NCBI GenBank assembly: GCA_036676495.1
Contig: JAKFCT010000100.1
Location: forward strand, 1 to 49,916
Length of the DNA stretch: 49,916 bases
Direction: 5' to 3'
From: Candidatus Sericytochromatia bacterium
GTDB taxonomy: Bacteria > Cyanobacteriota > Sericytochromatia > S15B-MN24 > UBA4093
Positions 9,692 to 19,447 of the stretch are shown here, one piece after another. A model generated the notes under the pieces. The model saw nothing but the letters and a program-made list of their open reading frames with translations, had not been told where the DNA came from and did not search any database. Positions within the stretch are counted from its first letter, which is position 1. Each line of letters opens with the position of its first letter. Made by a program: the position numbers and the translations under genes.

Positions 9692-10394
9692 GATCTGGGC
9701 GATCGCCCAACGCGAGCTGAAAGCCTACTTCGTCTCGCCCGTGGCCTACGTGGTCGCGGCCCTCTTCATGCTCGTCTCGGGCTACCTGTTCTCGCTGATC
9801 CTCTATCACACTCGCGAAGCCTCGCTTCGGGGCCTGTTCGCCAACCTCAACGTCGTCTTCCTGCTCATCACGCCGGCCCTCACCATGCGGCTCTTGGCCG
9901 AAGAGCGCCAGCGCGGCACCATCGAGATGCTCATGACCAGCCCGGTCACCGACCGCGACATCGTGCTCGGCAAGTACCTCTCGTGCCTGCTCTACCTGGC
10001 CTTCCTCATGCTCCTCACCGCCCTCTACCCGATCACGCTGGCGTGGCTCGGCAAGCCCGACTGGATGACCATCGTCACCGGGTACCTCGGCATCTATCTG
10101 CTGGGAGCCTCCTTCATGGCCGTGGGCCTGCTCACCTCGAGCTGGACCAACAACCAGGTCATCGCCGCGGTCGCCACCTTCGCGCTCTCGCTGCTGATCT
10201 GGCTCTTGCCCTCGGCCGGCGCCGTGGTGGGCCAGCCCATGGGTCAGGTCTTCGAGTACCTGTCGCTGCTCCAGCACCAGGAGAACCTCCTGCGCGGCGT
10301 GATCGATTCCTCGGACATCATCTACTACCTGAGCTTCATCGTGGGCTCCCTCTTCCTGACCATCCGGTCGGTCGAAGTCTACCGGTGGAGGTAA
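9684..10394 (+). CDS. ABC-2 permease (GldF-like)
   Basis: Six hydrophobic segments; MRLLAEERQRGTIEML motif. Confidence 0.88.
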   Translation: MAKIWAIAQRELKAYFVSPVAYVVAALFMLVSGYLFSLILYHTREASLRGLFANLNVVFLLITPALTMRLLAEERQRGTIEMLMTSPVTDRDIVLGKYLSCLLYLAFLMLLTALYPITLAWLGKPDWMTIVTGYLGIYLLGASFMAVGLLTSSWTNNQVIAAVATFALSLLIWLLPSAGAVVGQPMGQVFEYLSLLQHQENLLRGVIDSSDIIYYLSFIVGSLFLTIRSVEVYRWR

Positions 10395-10397
10395 GTC

Positions 10398-11978
10398 GTG
10401 AAGAATAAGAAATCCCTCCTGGACTGGGCCATCACGGCCGTCGGCGGCCTCTCCGTCCTCTTGTTGGCCGGAGCGCTCGCCGGAACCTACTTCCCCAAGG
10501 AAATCCCCTTCAGCGTCGCCAACGGCCTGCGCCTCGCGGGCTGGGTCGGCGTCGGCCTCTACGCGCTCGGCGCCGCCTGGCAGAGCCGCGAGTTCCTGAT
10601 GGACCTCGCCCGCAACAAGAAAGCGCAAGGCGGAGCCAACACCCTGGTCTTCTCGATCGCCTTCCTCGCCGTCCTCGGCCTCCTGAACTACGTCGGAGCC
10701 AAGTACCACAAGCGCCTGGACGTGACCGAGAACAAGCAGTACTCCCTCTCCGAGCAGACGCGCAAGATCCTCGCCAATCTCAAGGCCGAGACCAAGGTCG
10801 TCATGCTCGTCCGCCCCGGCGATCCCCAGGTCCAGCAGATGAAGGAGCTCTGGCAGGAGTACACCTACCGCTCCAAGCAGCTCAAGTTCGAGACCATCGA
10901 CCCGGACCGCGAGCCCTCGAAAGCTCGCAGCTTCGCCACCGAGTTCAACACCGGCCCCAACTTGCGCTACGGCCAGATCTTCCTGACCCAGGGCGCGAAG
11001 AAGGTCGAAGTCACCGGCTCCACCGAGCAGGACTTCACCGCCGGCCTCCTGAAGCTGACCCAGGACAAGCAAAAGGTCGTCTACTTCCTCGAAGGCCATG
11101 GCGAGCAGGAGCTCTTCCAGGCCAAGAACGCCCTCACCAAGCAGAACTACCGGACCGAGAACCTGTCGCTGCTCGGCAAGAAGGAAGTCCCCGCCGACGC
11201 GGCGGTGGTCGTCATCGCCGGCCCGCAATCCGCGCTAATGAGCCAGGAAGTGGACGTCCTGAAGGCCTACGTCGAGCAGGGCGGCCGGGTCTACGCCATG
11301 CTCTCCGACAAGCGGACGGGCATGGAGGACTGGCTGAAGCAGCTCGGCATCACCGCCCGTAACGACCTGGTGGTCGATCCGCGTGCGAACATCAACTACG
11401 AGCCGGCCATGCCGGTGGCCCTGCGCTACCCGCACCACGCGATCACCCAGGGCATCCAGGCCACGGCCTACCCGATGTCGCGCTCGCTCATGCAGGCGGA
11501 GAAGATGCCCGACGGCGTGACCGCCTGGTCGATCGTCGAGACCTCCCCCGAGGCCTGGGGCGAAACCAACCTCATGAGCCGCGAGATCGGCTTCGATGCC
11601 GGCCAGGACGCCAAGGGCCCGCTCACGCTGGCCTACGCCCTCATGCTGGATCAGAAACCCGCCACCCCCCCGGCGGCCAGCGGATCCACCGAGGCCGAGA
11701 AGAAGCAGACTCGCATGGTCGTCGTGGGAACCGCGCAATTCGCCGCGGATCGCCTCTACAACAGCGAACTCTCCAACGGCGATCTCTTCCTCAAGAGCCT
11801 TAACTGGCTTGCCGAGGAAGACGCCCTGGTGTCGATCCCCGCGAAGGACCTGACTCCCAAGACCATCGAGATGATGGGCAACCAGATCAACGCGGTCTTC
11901 TGGACCTCGGTGGCCGGCGCTCCGGCGCTCCTGGTCTTCATCGGCGGCATGATCTGGTGGCGCCGCAGGAGGGCATGA
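10398..11978 (+). CDS. GldG-like ABC auxiliary protein
   Basis: RLDVTENKQYSLSEQT, VYFLEGHGE and N.DLF..SLNWL motifs; C-terminal TM then WWRRRRA. Confidence 0.85.
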   Translation: MKNKKSLLDWAITAVGGLSVLLLAGALAGTYFPKEIPFSVANGLRLAGWVGVGLYALGAAWQSREFLMDLARNKKAQGGANTLVFSIAFLAVLGLLNYVGAKYHKRLDVTENKQYSLSEQTRKILANLKAETKVVMLVRPGDPQVQQMKELWQEYTYRSKQLKFETIDPDREPSKARSFATEFNTGPNLRYGQIFLTQGAKKVEVTGSTEQDFTAGLLKLTQDKQKVVYFLEGHGEQELFQAKNALTKQNYRTENLSLLGKKEVPADAAVVVIAGPQSALMSQEVDVLKAYVEQGGRVYAMLSDKRTGMEDWLKQLGITARNDLVVDPRANINYEPAMPVALRYPHHAITQGIQATAYPMSRSLMQAEKMPDGVTAWSIVETSPEAWGETNLMSREIGFDAGQDAKGPLTLAYALMLDQKPATPPAASGSTEAEKKQTRMVVVGTAQFAADRLYNSELSNGDLFLKSLNWLAEEDALVSIPAKDLTPKTIEMMGNQINAVFWTSVAGAPALLVFIGGMIWWRRRRA

Positions 11979-12568
11979 TGAACTGGAAAGCAACAGCCGC
12001 CATGGTGGCGGTCGCGGCGGGACTCGGCGCGTACGTCTACTTCGTCGAGGCCCCCAAGCCCGCTCCGGTCGATTCCAACGAGGTCACCGTCTGGCAGTAC
12101 GACGGGGACAAAGCCAAGGAGTTCAACCGCTTTAGCCTGAAGACTCCCAAGGGTGAGGTCGTCTTCCAGAAGGCGCCTGCCAGCGGGTCGATCGAGGGGG
12201 CGTGGAAACTCTCCACGCAGCCGGAACGCGACCTCGAGACCTGGCAGTTCGATGGGCCGCTCAACGACGCCTTGACCCTCAAGGCGGAGCGCAAGGTCGA
12301 GGATTCCGTCTCGGATCCCGCGGCCTACGGCTTCGACGCGCCGCAGCTCGAGCTCGCGCTCGGCACCGAGAAGGAGCCCCAGAAAGCCAAGATGGTCATC
12401 GGGGCCAAGAACCCGCTGGGCTCGGCCTACTACGCCCAGGGCTCGGACGGCAAGGTCTACCTCCTGAGCGCGTACAAGGTCGACACGTGGACGCGGATCC
12501 ACGCCGAGCCGCCCCTGGCGGCTCCGACCCCCCGTCCTACCGAGGCGGCCTCGGGCTCGGCCCAGTAA
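11975..12568 (+). CDS. DUF4340-like protein
   Basis: N-terminal anchor; YGFDAP and IGAKNP..SAYY motifs; usual partner of gldG. Confidence 0.7.
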   Translation: MMNWKATAAMVAVAAGLGAYVYFVEAPKPAPVDSNEVTVWQYDGDKAKEFNRFSLKTPKGEVVFQKAPASGSIEGAWKLSTQPERDLETWQFDGPLNDALTLKAERKVEDSVSDPAAYGFDAPQLELALGTEKEPQKAKMVIGAKNPLGSAYYAQGSDGKVYLLSAYKVDTWTRIHAEPPLAAPTPRPTEAASGSAQ

Positions 12569-12587
12569 CGAAGACCCAACCTGGCGC

Positions 12588-12623
12588 GAGGAGGCGGGAG
12601 TTCCCCGCCTCCTCCCCGTTTCT
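12588..12623 (+). terminator. Rho-independent terminator
   Basis: GAGGAGGCGGG/CCCGCCTCCTC stem with a short T tract. Confidence 0.65.
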
Positions 12624-12719
12624 CCATGCATGGAACTCCCGCCTGCTGGGTAAGAAACGAACAGTGACTTCTTTGTTCTCCTCGTCTGCTGCCGCAGGCG
12701 CTCCCCGGAGGGACCCGCG

Positions 12720-14138
12720 ATGCTCTACACGATCAAGCCCGGCGACACCATCCCCGACCTGGCGCGCCGCTTCAATGTGCCCGAGGCCCAGATCGCGAAG
12801 GCTGCGCAGACCACGGCAGAGGGCAAGCTGCAGGCGGGACAGCTCATCCGCCTTTCAGACGAACTCTTGATTCAAAACAAGACCGCTTCGCAGGCGCCCG
12901 ATCCCAGCGATCAGACCCAGCTCTCCTCGACCGTCGCCAAGGCGCAGAGCGCTGAGACGCAGAGCGCCGGGGCGCAAGCCCCCTCCACCACGGGGCTCTG
13001 GAGCGAGACCTACGAGATGCCGGGCCTGAAGTGGGGTGACGACCTCGAGGTCCCGACCTACGGATCCGTTTACAACCCGAGCACGACGGCGGCCCCGGGG
13101 ATCGGAGAGCCGCAGAAGTCCTGGTGGGACAAGCTCATCGACGGGGCCGAGGCCAAGGTGGACGAGGCGGCCAAGAAGGTCGAGACGGCGACGGGGAACA
13201 ACCCGCTGGTCAAACTCTTCACGGGCTTCGGCCGCTTCCAGGTGCAGGTCGCCGGCGGCGCCCTCAAGGCGGTGGGGGACATGGTCGGCGGCATCGTGAA
13301 TGCCGTGGCCCATCCCATCCAGACCCTCAAGGGGCTGTGGGGCCTGGCCGCCCATATCCCCTTCTCTCCTCCGAACCTGATTCACGTGGGCATCCAGGCC
13401 GTGCAGGGCAAGAGCTTCTCGGAGATCCTCGACGAGGAGAAGCGCTACGCGGTCGGAGTCTGGAACGGCCTGACGGCGGGCTACCAGACGGCCATCAGGG
13501 AAGGGAAGTGGGGCGAGATCCCCGGACGCTTGCTGGTAGACGTAGGCTCGCTGCTGATTGGCGCGGGCGAGGCCAACGCTGCGGCCAAGGGAGTCTCGAG
13601 CGCCGGCAAGGCCGCCTCCGTGGTGGACGACATGGCGAAAGTGGCCGCGGTGGCCGATGACGTCGCCAAGGCCTCGCGCCTCCAGAAGGCCGTCACGGCG
13701 GCGACCACGGCGGTCAAGGGCTCGCGGATCGCAGGAGTGGCCACCAAGGCCGCATCGGCGGCCCAGAAAGTGCTCGACCTCCTGGGAGACGTGGGCAAGG
13801 CGGCCATGTCTGCCGCCAAGAGCAATAAGCTGGGAGCCGCGGCGGTCGCCCAGGCCGAGCGGCTCGGCGCCAAGGTCATGACGATCGCTGAGAAGGCCAA
13901 GGGCTTGCAGGGAGTGGAGAAGGCGGCGGAACTTTACGCCAAGCTCGCGGACGAGGCGGCGATCGCCGCCCGCGAAGCCCGCGTCCTCGGCTCGACCATC
14001 AAGGATGCTTCCTTCGCGCAGATCGCCGTGGAGCTGGAGACCCGGGCGGGCCAGATGCGGCTCGCTGCCACGGCCGCCTCGACGGGGATCCCCCTCAACG
14101 CCCTGGATGGCGGAGTGTCGGCCTTCGGTGACCGCTGA
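12720..14138 (+). CDS. LysM-domain protein with Ala/Lys-rich helical and hydrophobic C-terminal region
   Basis: YTIKPGDTIPDLARRFNV...LQAGQLIRL is a LysM domain; no signal peptide. Confidence 0.75.
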   Translation: MLYTIKPGDTIPDLARRFNVPEAQIAKAAQTTAEGKLQAGQLIRLSDELLIQNKTASQAPDPSDQTQLSSTVAKAQSAETQSAGAQAPSTTGLWSETYEMPGLKWGDDLEVPTYGSVYNPSTTAAPGIGEPQKSWWDKLIDGAEAKVDEAAKKVETATGNNPLVKLFTGFGRFQVQVAGGALKAVGDMVGGIVNAVAHPIQTLKGLWGLAAHIPFSPPNLIHVGIQAVQGKSFSEILDEEKRYAVGVWNGLTAGYQTAIREGKWGEIPGRLLVDVGSLLIGAGEANAAAKGVSSAGKAASVVDDMAKVAAVADDVAKASRLQKAVTAATTAVKGSRIAGVATKAASAAQKVLDLLGDVGKAAMSAAKSNKLGAAAVAQAERLGAKVMTIAEKAKGLQGVEKAAELYAKLADEAAIAAREARVLGSTIKDASFAQIAVELETRAGQMRLAATAASTGIPLNALDGGVSAFGDR

Positions 14139-15073
14139 TGTCGGCGGTCGATTTCGCGCGCTACATCGGGGAAGGGAAGGCGCACGCCGAGGCGGGACGC
14201 TTTGCGGAAGCCCTTCCCCTTTTGAAGAAGGCCTGCGAGGCCTTGCCATCCAATCCCAACGGTCCCGTGCTCCTGGGCGCGGTCCTCGAGGCCATGGGGG
14301 ACCTGCGCGGCGCCCTCGCGGCTTTCGAACAGGCCATCGAGCTGGAGCCGGCGAGCCCCAAGCTCCGCCACCGGCTCGCCATGGTCTACGAGAAGCTGGG
14401 CCATGGCTCTGATGCCCTCCTCCAGTACCGGAACTGCGTCACGCTGGCCCCGGACTTCACCGCGGCATGGTTCCAGCTCGGCATGCTCCAGACCCAGCAG
14501 GGCTTGGATGAGGAAGCGATGCAGAGCTTCCGCATGGTGATCGAGCGAGAACCCGGCTTCGCTCCGGCCTGGAATTCGCTGGGCGTCTTGCTCGCCAACT
14601 CCGCTCGGACCGAGGAGGCCCTGGAAGCCTTGACGCAAGGCGTCATGCTCTCCCCCGAAGACGACGCCATCCGGCTCAACCTGGCCAACCTGCTGGCGGC
14701 GGAGGGGCAAGCCGAAGCGGCTCTCGAGGCCTACCTGGAAGTGGCCATGAGCCGGCCGGATTGGCCTCTGGCGCATTTCGGGCTGGGGGTGGCCTACTCC
14801 GAGCTGTCGCGGGACGACGCGGCCATCGCCAGCTTTACGGAGGCCCTGAGGTTGAGGCCCGACTGGCGGGAGGCTCGCCATAACCTGGCGTGGCTGCTGG
14901 GGCGCAGCGGCCGGACCGCGGAAGCCGAGGAGCAGTACCAGGCGCTCTTGAGCGACGAGGGGACGGATTTGCTGGCGCTGACGGGCAAGGCCGTTGCGCG
15001 GGCAAAGGCGGACGATGAGGCCGGGGCTCGCTCGACGCTCATGACGATGGCCGAGGCGATCCTCCGGGATTGA
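14138..15073 (+). CDS. TPR repeat protein
   Basis: About 8 TPR units (AW..LG, A..A...A..L.P); TGATG coupling to the upstream gene. Confidence 0.88.
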   Translation: MSAVDFARYIGEGKAHAEAGRFAEALPLLKKACEALPSNPNGPVLLGAVLEAMGDLRGALAAFEQAIELEPASPKLRHRLAMVYEKLGHGSDALLQYRNCVTLAPDFTAAWFQLGMLQTQQGLDEEAMQSFRMVIEREPGFAPAWNSLGVLLANSARTEEALEALTQGVMLSPEDDAIRLNLANLLAAEGQAEAALEAYLEVAMSRPDWPLAHFGLGVAYSELSRDDAAIASFTEALRLRPDWREARHNLAWLLGRSGRTAEAEEQYQALLSDEGTDLLALTGKAVARAKADDEAGARSTLMTMAEAILRD

Positions 15074-15093
15074 GCCGCCCTGCTGGGGGGCGT

Positions 15094-15135
15094 CGCAATT
15101 CTGTGGGGTAGCCGCAATTCTGTGGGGTAGCCGCA
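15094..15135. repeat. 19-bp tandem duplication
   Basis: CGCAATTCTGTGGGGTAGC twice plus CGCA, between convergent genes. Confidence 0.85.
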
Positions 15136-15162
15136 GGCGCTTCGTTGGTCGTGGTGGCGTCG

Positions 15163-15600
15163 TTAGCGCCGGACCATGAGGATGGTCGGGTGCATGTAGA
15201 CGTCGCGGAAGTAGGCGGCCTTTTCCTCGATGATCGGCGGCAAGCCTTCCTCCGGGCAGCGGACGAAGCCGAATTGCTCGTAGAACTGGATCAGGTGGTC
15301 GAAGGGCATGCAGTAGCAGGTCTCTTTGCCGAGCAGCTCGACGAGCGATTCGAGGACCTTTCGCGCGATGCCCTGGCCGCGGTAATTGGGGTGGACGTAC
15401 ATGCCGCCCAGCTCGATGGCCTCCGGGTAGCGGTGCAGGCGGCCGCAGCCGACGAGGCGATCGCCGACGACGGCGACCAAAAGCTGATCCTGGCCCGGAT
15501 CCCACGGCATGAAGCCGAGCGTGGCGTAGATGGCATTGATCTCGGGGCGGTCACTTTCAGTGGCCTCCCGAAGCTGATAACTGACAGCGACTGGGTTCAT
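15163..15600 (-). CDS. GNAT family acetyltransferase
   Basis: VHPNYRGQGIA acetyl-CoA motif; FYEQFGF. Confidence 0.88.
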   Translation of the reverse strand: MNPVAVSYQLREATESDRPEINAIYATLGFMPWDPGQDQLLVAVVGDRLVGCGRLHRYPEAIELGGMYVHPNYRGQGIARKVLESLVELLGKETCYCMPFDHLIQFYEQFGFVRCPEEGLPPIIEEKAAYFRDVYMHPTILMVRR

Positions 15601-15725
15601 GGTCGACTCCCGCATGCGAAACGTGCCTGGATTGCAGGCGTCTTTGCCTCGCAGTCGTCATGGACGCCTCGGCACCGGAACAGGCATCCGAGTATATTCT
15701 ACCCAATCGGGCCCAAAGCAAGCAA

Positions 15726-15749
15726 ACCCGCCCCCTAGCCGGGGCGGGT
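15726..15749. terminator. Hairpin downstream of the ABC permease
   Basis: ACCCGCCCC/GGGGCGGGT stem. Confidence 0.5.
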
Positions 15750-15797
15750 CCGCCTTTATTACCTTGCAAGGCCTGGCGCTTCGCGTGCCCGAGAGGG

Positions 15798-16559
15798 CTA
15801 GGCCCGCAGCTTGTAGCCCCGCCGGAAGAGGGTCATCGCCAGGACCAACCCGAAGGTCGTGAGCAGGACCAGGAAGGCCAGCTCCTGAAGGACCGGCGCC
15901 TGCCAGTCGGCGAGCATGCTGCCTCTGAAGCCGTCGATCAGGTAGTAGAGCGGATTGGCGCTGATGAACGGCTGGAGGTTTTCCGGCAGCAGGCGCGGCG
16001 CGTTGAAAACGCCTCCCAGGAAGACCAGCGGGGTGATGACGAAGGTCGTGGGGATGGAGAGCTGGTCCCAGCTCTCCGCGACGAGCCCCATCACCAGGCC
16101 CAGGCACGAGAAGAAGGCCGAGATGAGCACCATGAAGAGCAGGTAGAGCCCCCAGTTGGCGGGGGAGACTCCCACGACCACCCAGCCGAGGGCCATGATG
16201 AGGTTTCCGATGATCAGCCCGCGCAGGACGCTGCCGACCACGTAGCCGAGGACCATTTCCAGGTAGGAAAGCGGGGCCACCAGCAGCTCCTGGATGCTGT
16301 TGGTGAAGCGTCCCTGGAAGAGAGAGGCGGAGCTTTCGCTGAAGGAGGACTCGACCACGCTCATGATGATGAGGCCGGGAATCAGGAACTCGAGGTAAGG
16401 GACTCCGTCGATGTCCTTGATCCGCTGTCCCAGGGAGATGCCGAAGATGAAGAGGTACAGTAGCGTCGAGACCAGGGGGGGCCAGATCACCTGGTTGATG
16501 ATCCGGAAGGTCCGCTTGATCTCGCGCGTGACCAGGGTTTGGAAGCCGATCAGGTTCAT
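15798..16559 (-). CDS. ABC-2 permease (YadH-like)
   Basis: REIKR..R, YLEFLIPGLI, PLVFLGGVF, NPLYYLIDGFR and GYKLR motifs. Confidence 0.9.
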   Translation of the reverse strand: MNLIGFQTLVTREIKRTFRIINQVIWPPLVSTLLYLFIFGISLGQRIKDIDGVPYLEFLIPGLIIMSVVESSFSESSASLFQGRFTNSIQELLVAPLSYLEMVLGYVVGSVLRGLIIGNLIMALGWVVVGVSPANWGLYLLFMVLISAFFSCLGLVMGLVAESWDQLSIPTTFVITPLVFLGGVFNAPRLLPENLQPFISANPLYYLIDGFRGSMLADWQAPVLQELAFLVLLTTFGLVLAMTLFRRGYKLRA

Positions 16560-17482
16560 GGGTTCTCCCTCCGGGCCGTCAGTTCGAGGAAGACGTCTTG
16601 CAGGGTCTTGCGCTGGACGTCCACGTGCGTGAGGCGATCGCCCTGGGCCTCGAACGCGGCGAGGATCCGGGGCAAGTCCTTGGCCTCCGCCTCGGAGAAG
16701 GAAACCTCGCGGCTTTCCGGGTTCCAGACGGGACCCAGCGCGCGCAGTCCTTCGGGCAGTTCCCGCAGGGGGGCTTCGAATTCCAGGACGAGGCGTTCCT
16801 GGCTGCGGCCAGCGATCAAGGCGTCAGTCTGATCCAGGGCCACCAGGCGGCCGTGGTTGATGATGCCGATGCGCTTGCAGAGGTGCTGCGCCTCTTCCAG
16901 GTAGTGGGTGGTCAGGATGATCGTCAGGCCCTCGCGATTGAGGGTCGACAGGGCATCCCAGAGCTCGAGCCTCAACTCGACGTCCACGCCGGCGGTCGGT
17001 TCGTCCAGGATCAGCACGCGGGGCCGGTGCACCAGCGCGCGCGCAAGGCTCAGGCGGCGCTTCATGCCGCCGGAAAGCTTGGTGAAGTCCTGATCCCGCT
17101 TGGAGGTGAGCTCGAACTGCTTGAGCATCCGATCGGCCTGGATCTTGGCCTCGGCGGCGGGCATGCCGAAGTAGCCGGCCGTGTAGATCAAGACCTCGCG
17201 GATCGTCAGGTAGCGGTCGAAGTTGAACTCTTGAGGCGCGAGGCCGATGCATGCGCGCGCTTTGCGGTAATCGGACGTGACGTCGTGCCCGCAAACCCGG
17301 ATGCTTCCTTCTTGAAAGGTGACCAGGCCCACGATCGCGTTGATCGTGGTGGTCTTGCCGGCGCCGTTGGGTCCCAGGAAGCCAAAGAACTCGCCTTCGG
17401 GGACGTCGAGGGAAAGGTGGTCGACCGCCGTGAAGTCGCCGTAGCGCTTGACGAGGCCTTGGATCGAAAGGGCAGTGCTCAT
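16556..17482 (-). CDS. ABC ATP-binding protein (YadG-like)
   Basis: GPNGAGKT, LSGGMKRR, LDEPTAGVD, TTHYLEEA. Confidence 0.92.
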   Translation of the reverse strand: MSTALSIQGLVKRYGDFTAVDHLSLDVPEGEFFGFLGPNGAGKTTTINAIVGLVTFQEGSIRVCGHDVTSDYRKARACIGLAPQEFNFDRYLTIREVLIYTAGYFGMPAAEAKIQADRMLKQFELTSKRDQDFTKLSGGMKRRLSLARALVHRPRVLILDEPTAGVDVELRLELWDALSTLNREGLTIILTTHYLEEAQHLCKRIGIINHGRLVALDQTDALIAGRSQERLVLEFEAPLRELPEGLRALGPVWNPESREVSFSEAEAKDLPRILAAFEAQGDRLTHVDVQRKTLQDVFLELTARRENP

Positions 17483-18072
17483 TAGGGGTAGACCTTCAGG
17501 TTGAAATCGGTTTCCTCGGCCAGCAGTTTACCGGTCTCCGTTTCCCGGACCTCGATCCGGTACTCGGTGGGATCGTTGAGGTCCCGCTGCTGGGCGGCCA
17601 GGGCCCGGCGGAAGTCGCCAACCAGGGCATGGCGCGCGAAGCGGCTTTCGGTTCCCAGTTCATCCCAGCGCGCGCGCGGCATCTCGACGATCACGCGATC
17701 CGAGCCCTTGAATCGGACCTCGTAGCCGAGCTTGGCGAGATCGGAGGTGAAGCGCTGCTCGACGGTCGTCTGGGCGGCTCGCGGAGCGGGCTCCGAGGGG
17801 GCCACGGCGGGGATCTGGCTCAGGCGCCAGACGCCCAGCGTCGTCATGGCGATCAAGAGGACCGCGAGGGCGAGGATGAGTTTCCAGTTGAAGCGACCCG
17901 GTAGTCCCATTCCGAGGTGATCCTCCAAGGTGGCGTCGTGCTCCCGGAGGGTCCGAGCGCAGTGGGGGCAGTAGCGATAATCCGAAGGGAAGGGTTTCTG
18001 GCATGCTTCGCATGCCATTCCGCGGGAACGGGGGCCCTTGGAGGGAGGGTCCGGGGGTGTCGGGTCAGCCAT
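17482..18072 (-). CDS. Zinc-ribbon single-pass membrane protein
   Basis: CEAC...YCPHC followed by a TM helix. Confidence 0.7.
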   Translation of the reverse strand: MADPTPPDPPSKGPRSRGMACEACQKPFPSDYRYCPHCARTLREHDATLEDHLGMGLPGRFNWKLILALAVLLIAMTTLGVWRLSQIPAVAPSEPAPRAAQTTVEQRFTSDLAKLGYEVRFKGSDRVIVEMPRARWDELGTESRFARHALVGDFRRALAAQQRDLNDPTEYRIEVRETETGKLLAEETDFNLKVYP

Positions 18073-18287
18073 GGGTTTCCTTTCACGTGAGTGGCCTCCA
18101 TTATAACCCCCCACCCGGGCCTCAGCGGAAGGCGGCTGTGGTGCAGCGTCTGCGGCTGTGGGTGTGAAAGCGCCGCTGTCCTGACGCGACGCAATCTAGG
18201 ATGCGTTGTCCCGAAGTCGCGCCCGTGCTACGTTCTTCACGAACCGTAACCATGCGGTCCGCGGTATCGGTTCGGAAGGAGGAGACC

Positions 18288-19157
18288 ATGCGGGGCAAGA
18301 AGCTACTCGCAGTCGGCGTGGCAGGGAGCTTGGGATTGTTGCTCTCGCTGCCGGCCGAAGCTCAGATGCGCACGTCCGGGCGAATCGTCCAGCCAAGAGC
18401 CAGCTTGGGCATGGTCGGTTACGGTCCGACCACCTTGTTCACGGTGCCGCGTGCCCAGACGCTCGGCATCGGCAACAACATCGTCTCCACGGGCGTCCTG
18501 CTCGGCGGCGGCTCGGGCTTCCTCGGAGTCCCGGGGATCGGCGCCGGCACCTCGGCCAACTCCGTTCAGCTCGGCACGCAGCTGGGCATCACGGAGAACT
18601 TCCAGCTCGACATGGGCATCGGCGGCCTGAACATGGGGCCCACGTGGGCCGGACGCCTGAACATGGCGGGTAAGTGGGGATTCCTGCAAGAGGACATGGG
18701 TGCCTTCGCCTCGCTGTCCGGCCTGGCCGGCGGCATCCTCACCGTGGATCCCAACGGCGTCCCGAACCTGGGACTTCAGCTCGGGGTGCCGATTTCCAAG
18801 GTCTTCCCCTTCGGCATGGATAGCTACTTCGGCTTGTCGCTCTACCCGAACTACAACCTCGGAGTCTTCCAGCCGGCCGCGCTCCTGCCCGGGGGAGCCA
18901 TCCCGACGCCCTCGAACTTCTTCGCCGTCGGCGGAGGGGCGGATTTGGCCCTCGGACCGGCCTTCCACGTCATCGCCGATACCAACATCGGCCTGACGGG
19001 GGTCACCGGCACGATCACGCAGACCAACCTCGGCGTTCGCTATGCCTTCACCCCGACGTTCCTGGCGGATGCCTTCGTCGGCTTCAACACCGGTCTGGGG
19101 CTCAACCTCGCCCAGACGGCGCCCTCCTTGGGCGTTGCCGCGCACTGGGGCTTCTAG
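18288..19157 (+). CDS. Putative outer-membrane beta-barrel protein
   Basis: GGAGG RBS; signal peptide ending AEA; alternating beta pattern; C-terminal HWGF. Confidence 0.65.
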   Translation: MRGKKLLAVGVAGSLGLLLSLPAEAQMRTSGRIVQPRASLGMVGYGPTTLFTVPRAQTLGIGNNIVSTGVLLGGGSGFLGVPGIGAGTSANSVQLGTQLGITENFQLDMGIGGLNMGPTWAGRLNMAGKWGFLQEDMGAFASLSGLAGGILTVDPNGVPNLGLQLGVPISKVFPFGMDSYFGLSLYPNYNLGVFQPAALLPGGAIPTPSNFFAVGGGADLALGPAFHVIADTNIGLTGVTGTITQTNLGVRYAFTPTFLADAFVGFNTGLGLNLAQTAPSLGVAAHWGF

Positions 19158-19447
19158 CGCGCGTCGCGTCGTCTCGCGGCCTGTGACGAACGCCGCAGGC
19201 GCGGCGACCCGGGGCCCGGCTCGTCATCGAGCCGGGCCTTCGCTTTCGACGAGAAGCCTTGGCGAGCTTGCCCGTTCCGCTTGCTCGCTGGCCATGGCAA
19301 GCTGAAACTTGGCGCCGGCCGGCTGGAAGTTCCGAGCTCTCTCAGGGGGGGGGGCGGACGGCTGCGACGCCGAGCGGTCTCGCCGGGAGGCCGCTTCCGG
19401 GGGTAAAGAGGGGAGATCGCGGACCCTCGTTCGAGGAGAGGACGCTC

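Noticed and set aside
8711-12568. Gliding motility locus
   Set aside because: GldAFG-like ABC plus DUF4340 operons are widespread in non-gliding bacteria, and no T9SS genes are present here.
15094-15135. Mini CRISPR array
   Set aside because: The copies are directly adjacent with no spacer.
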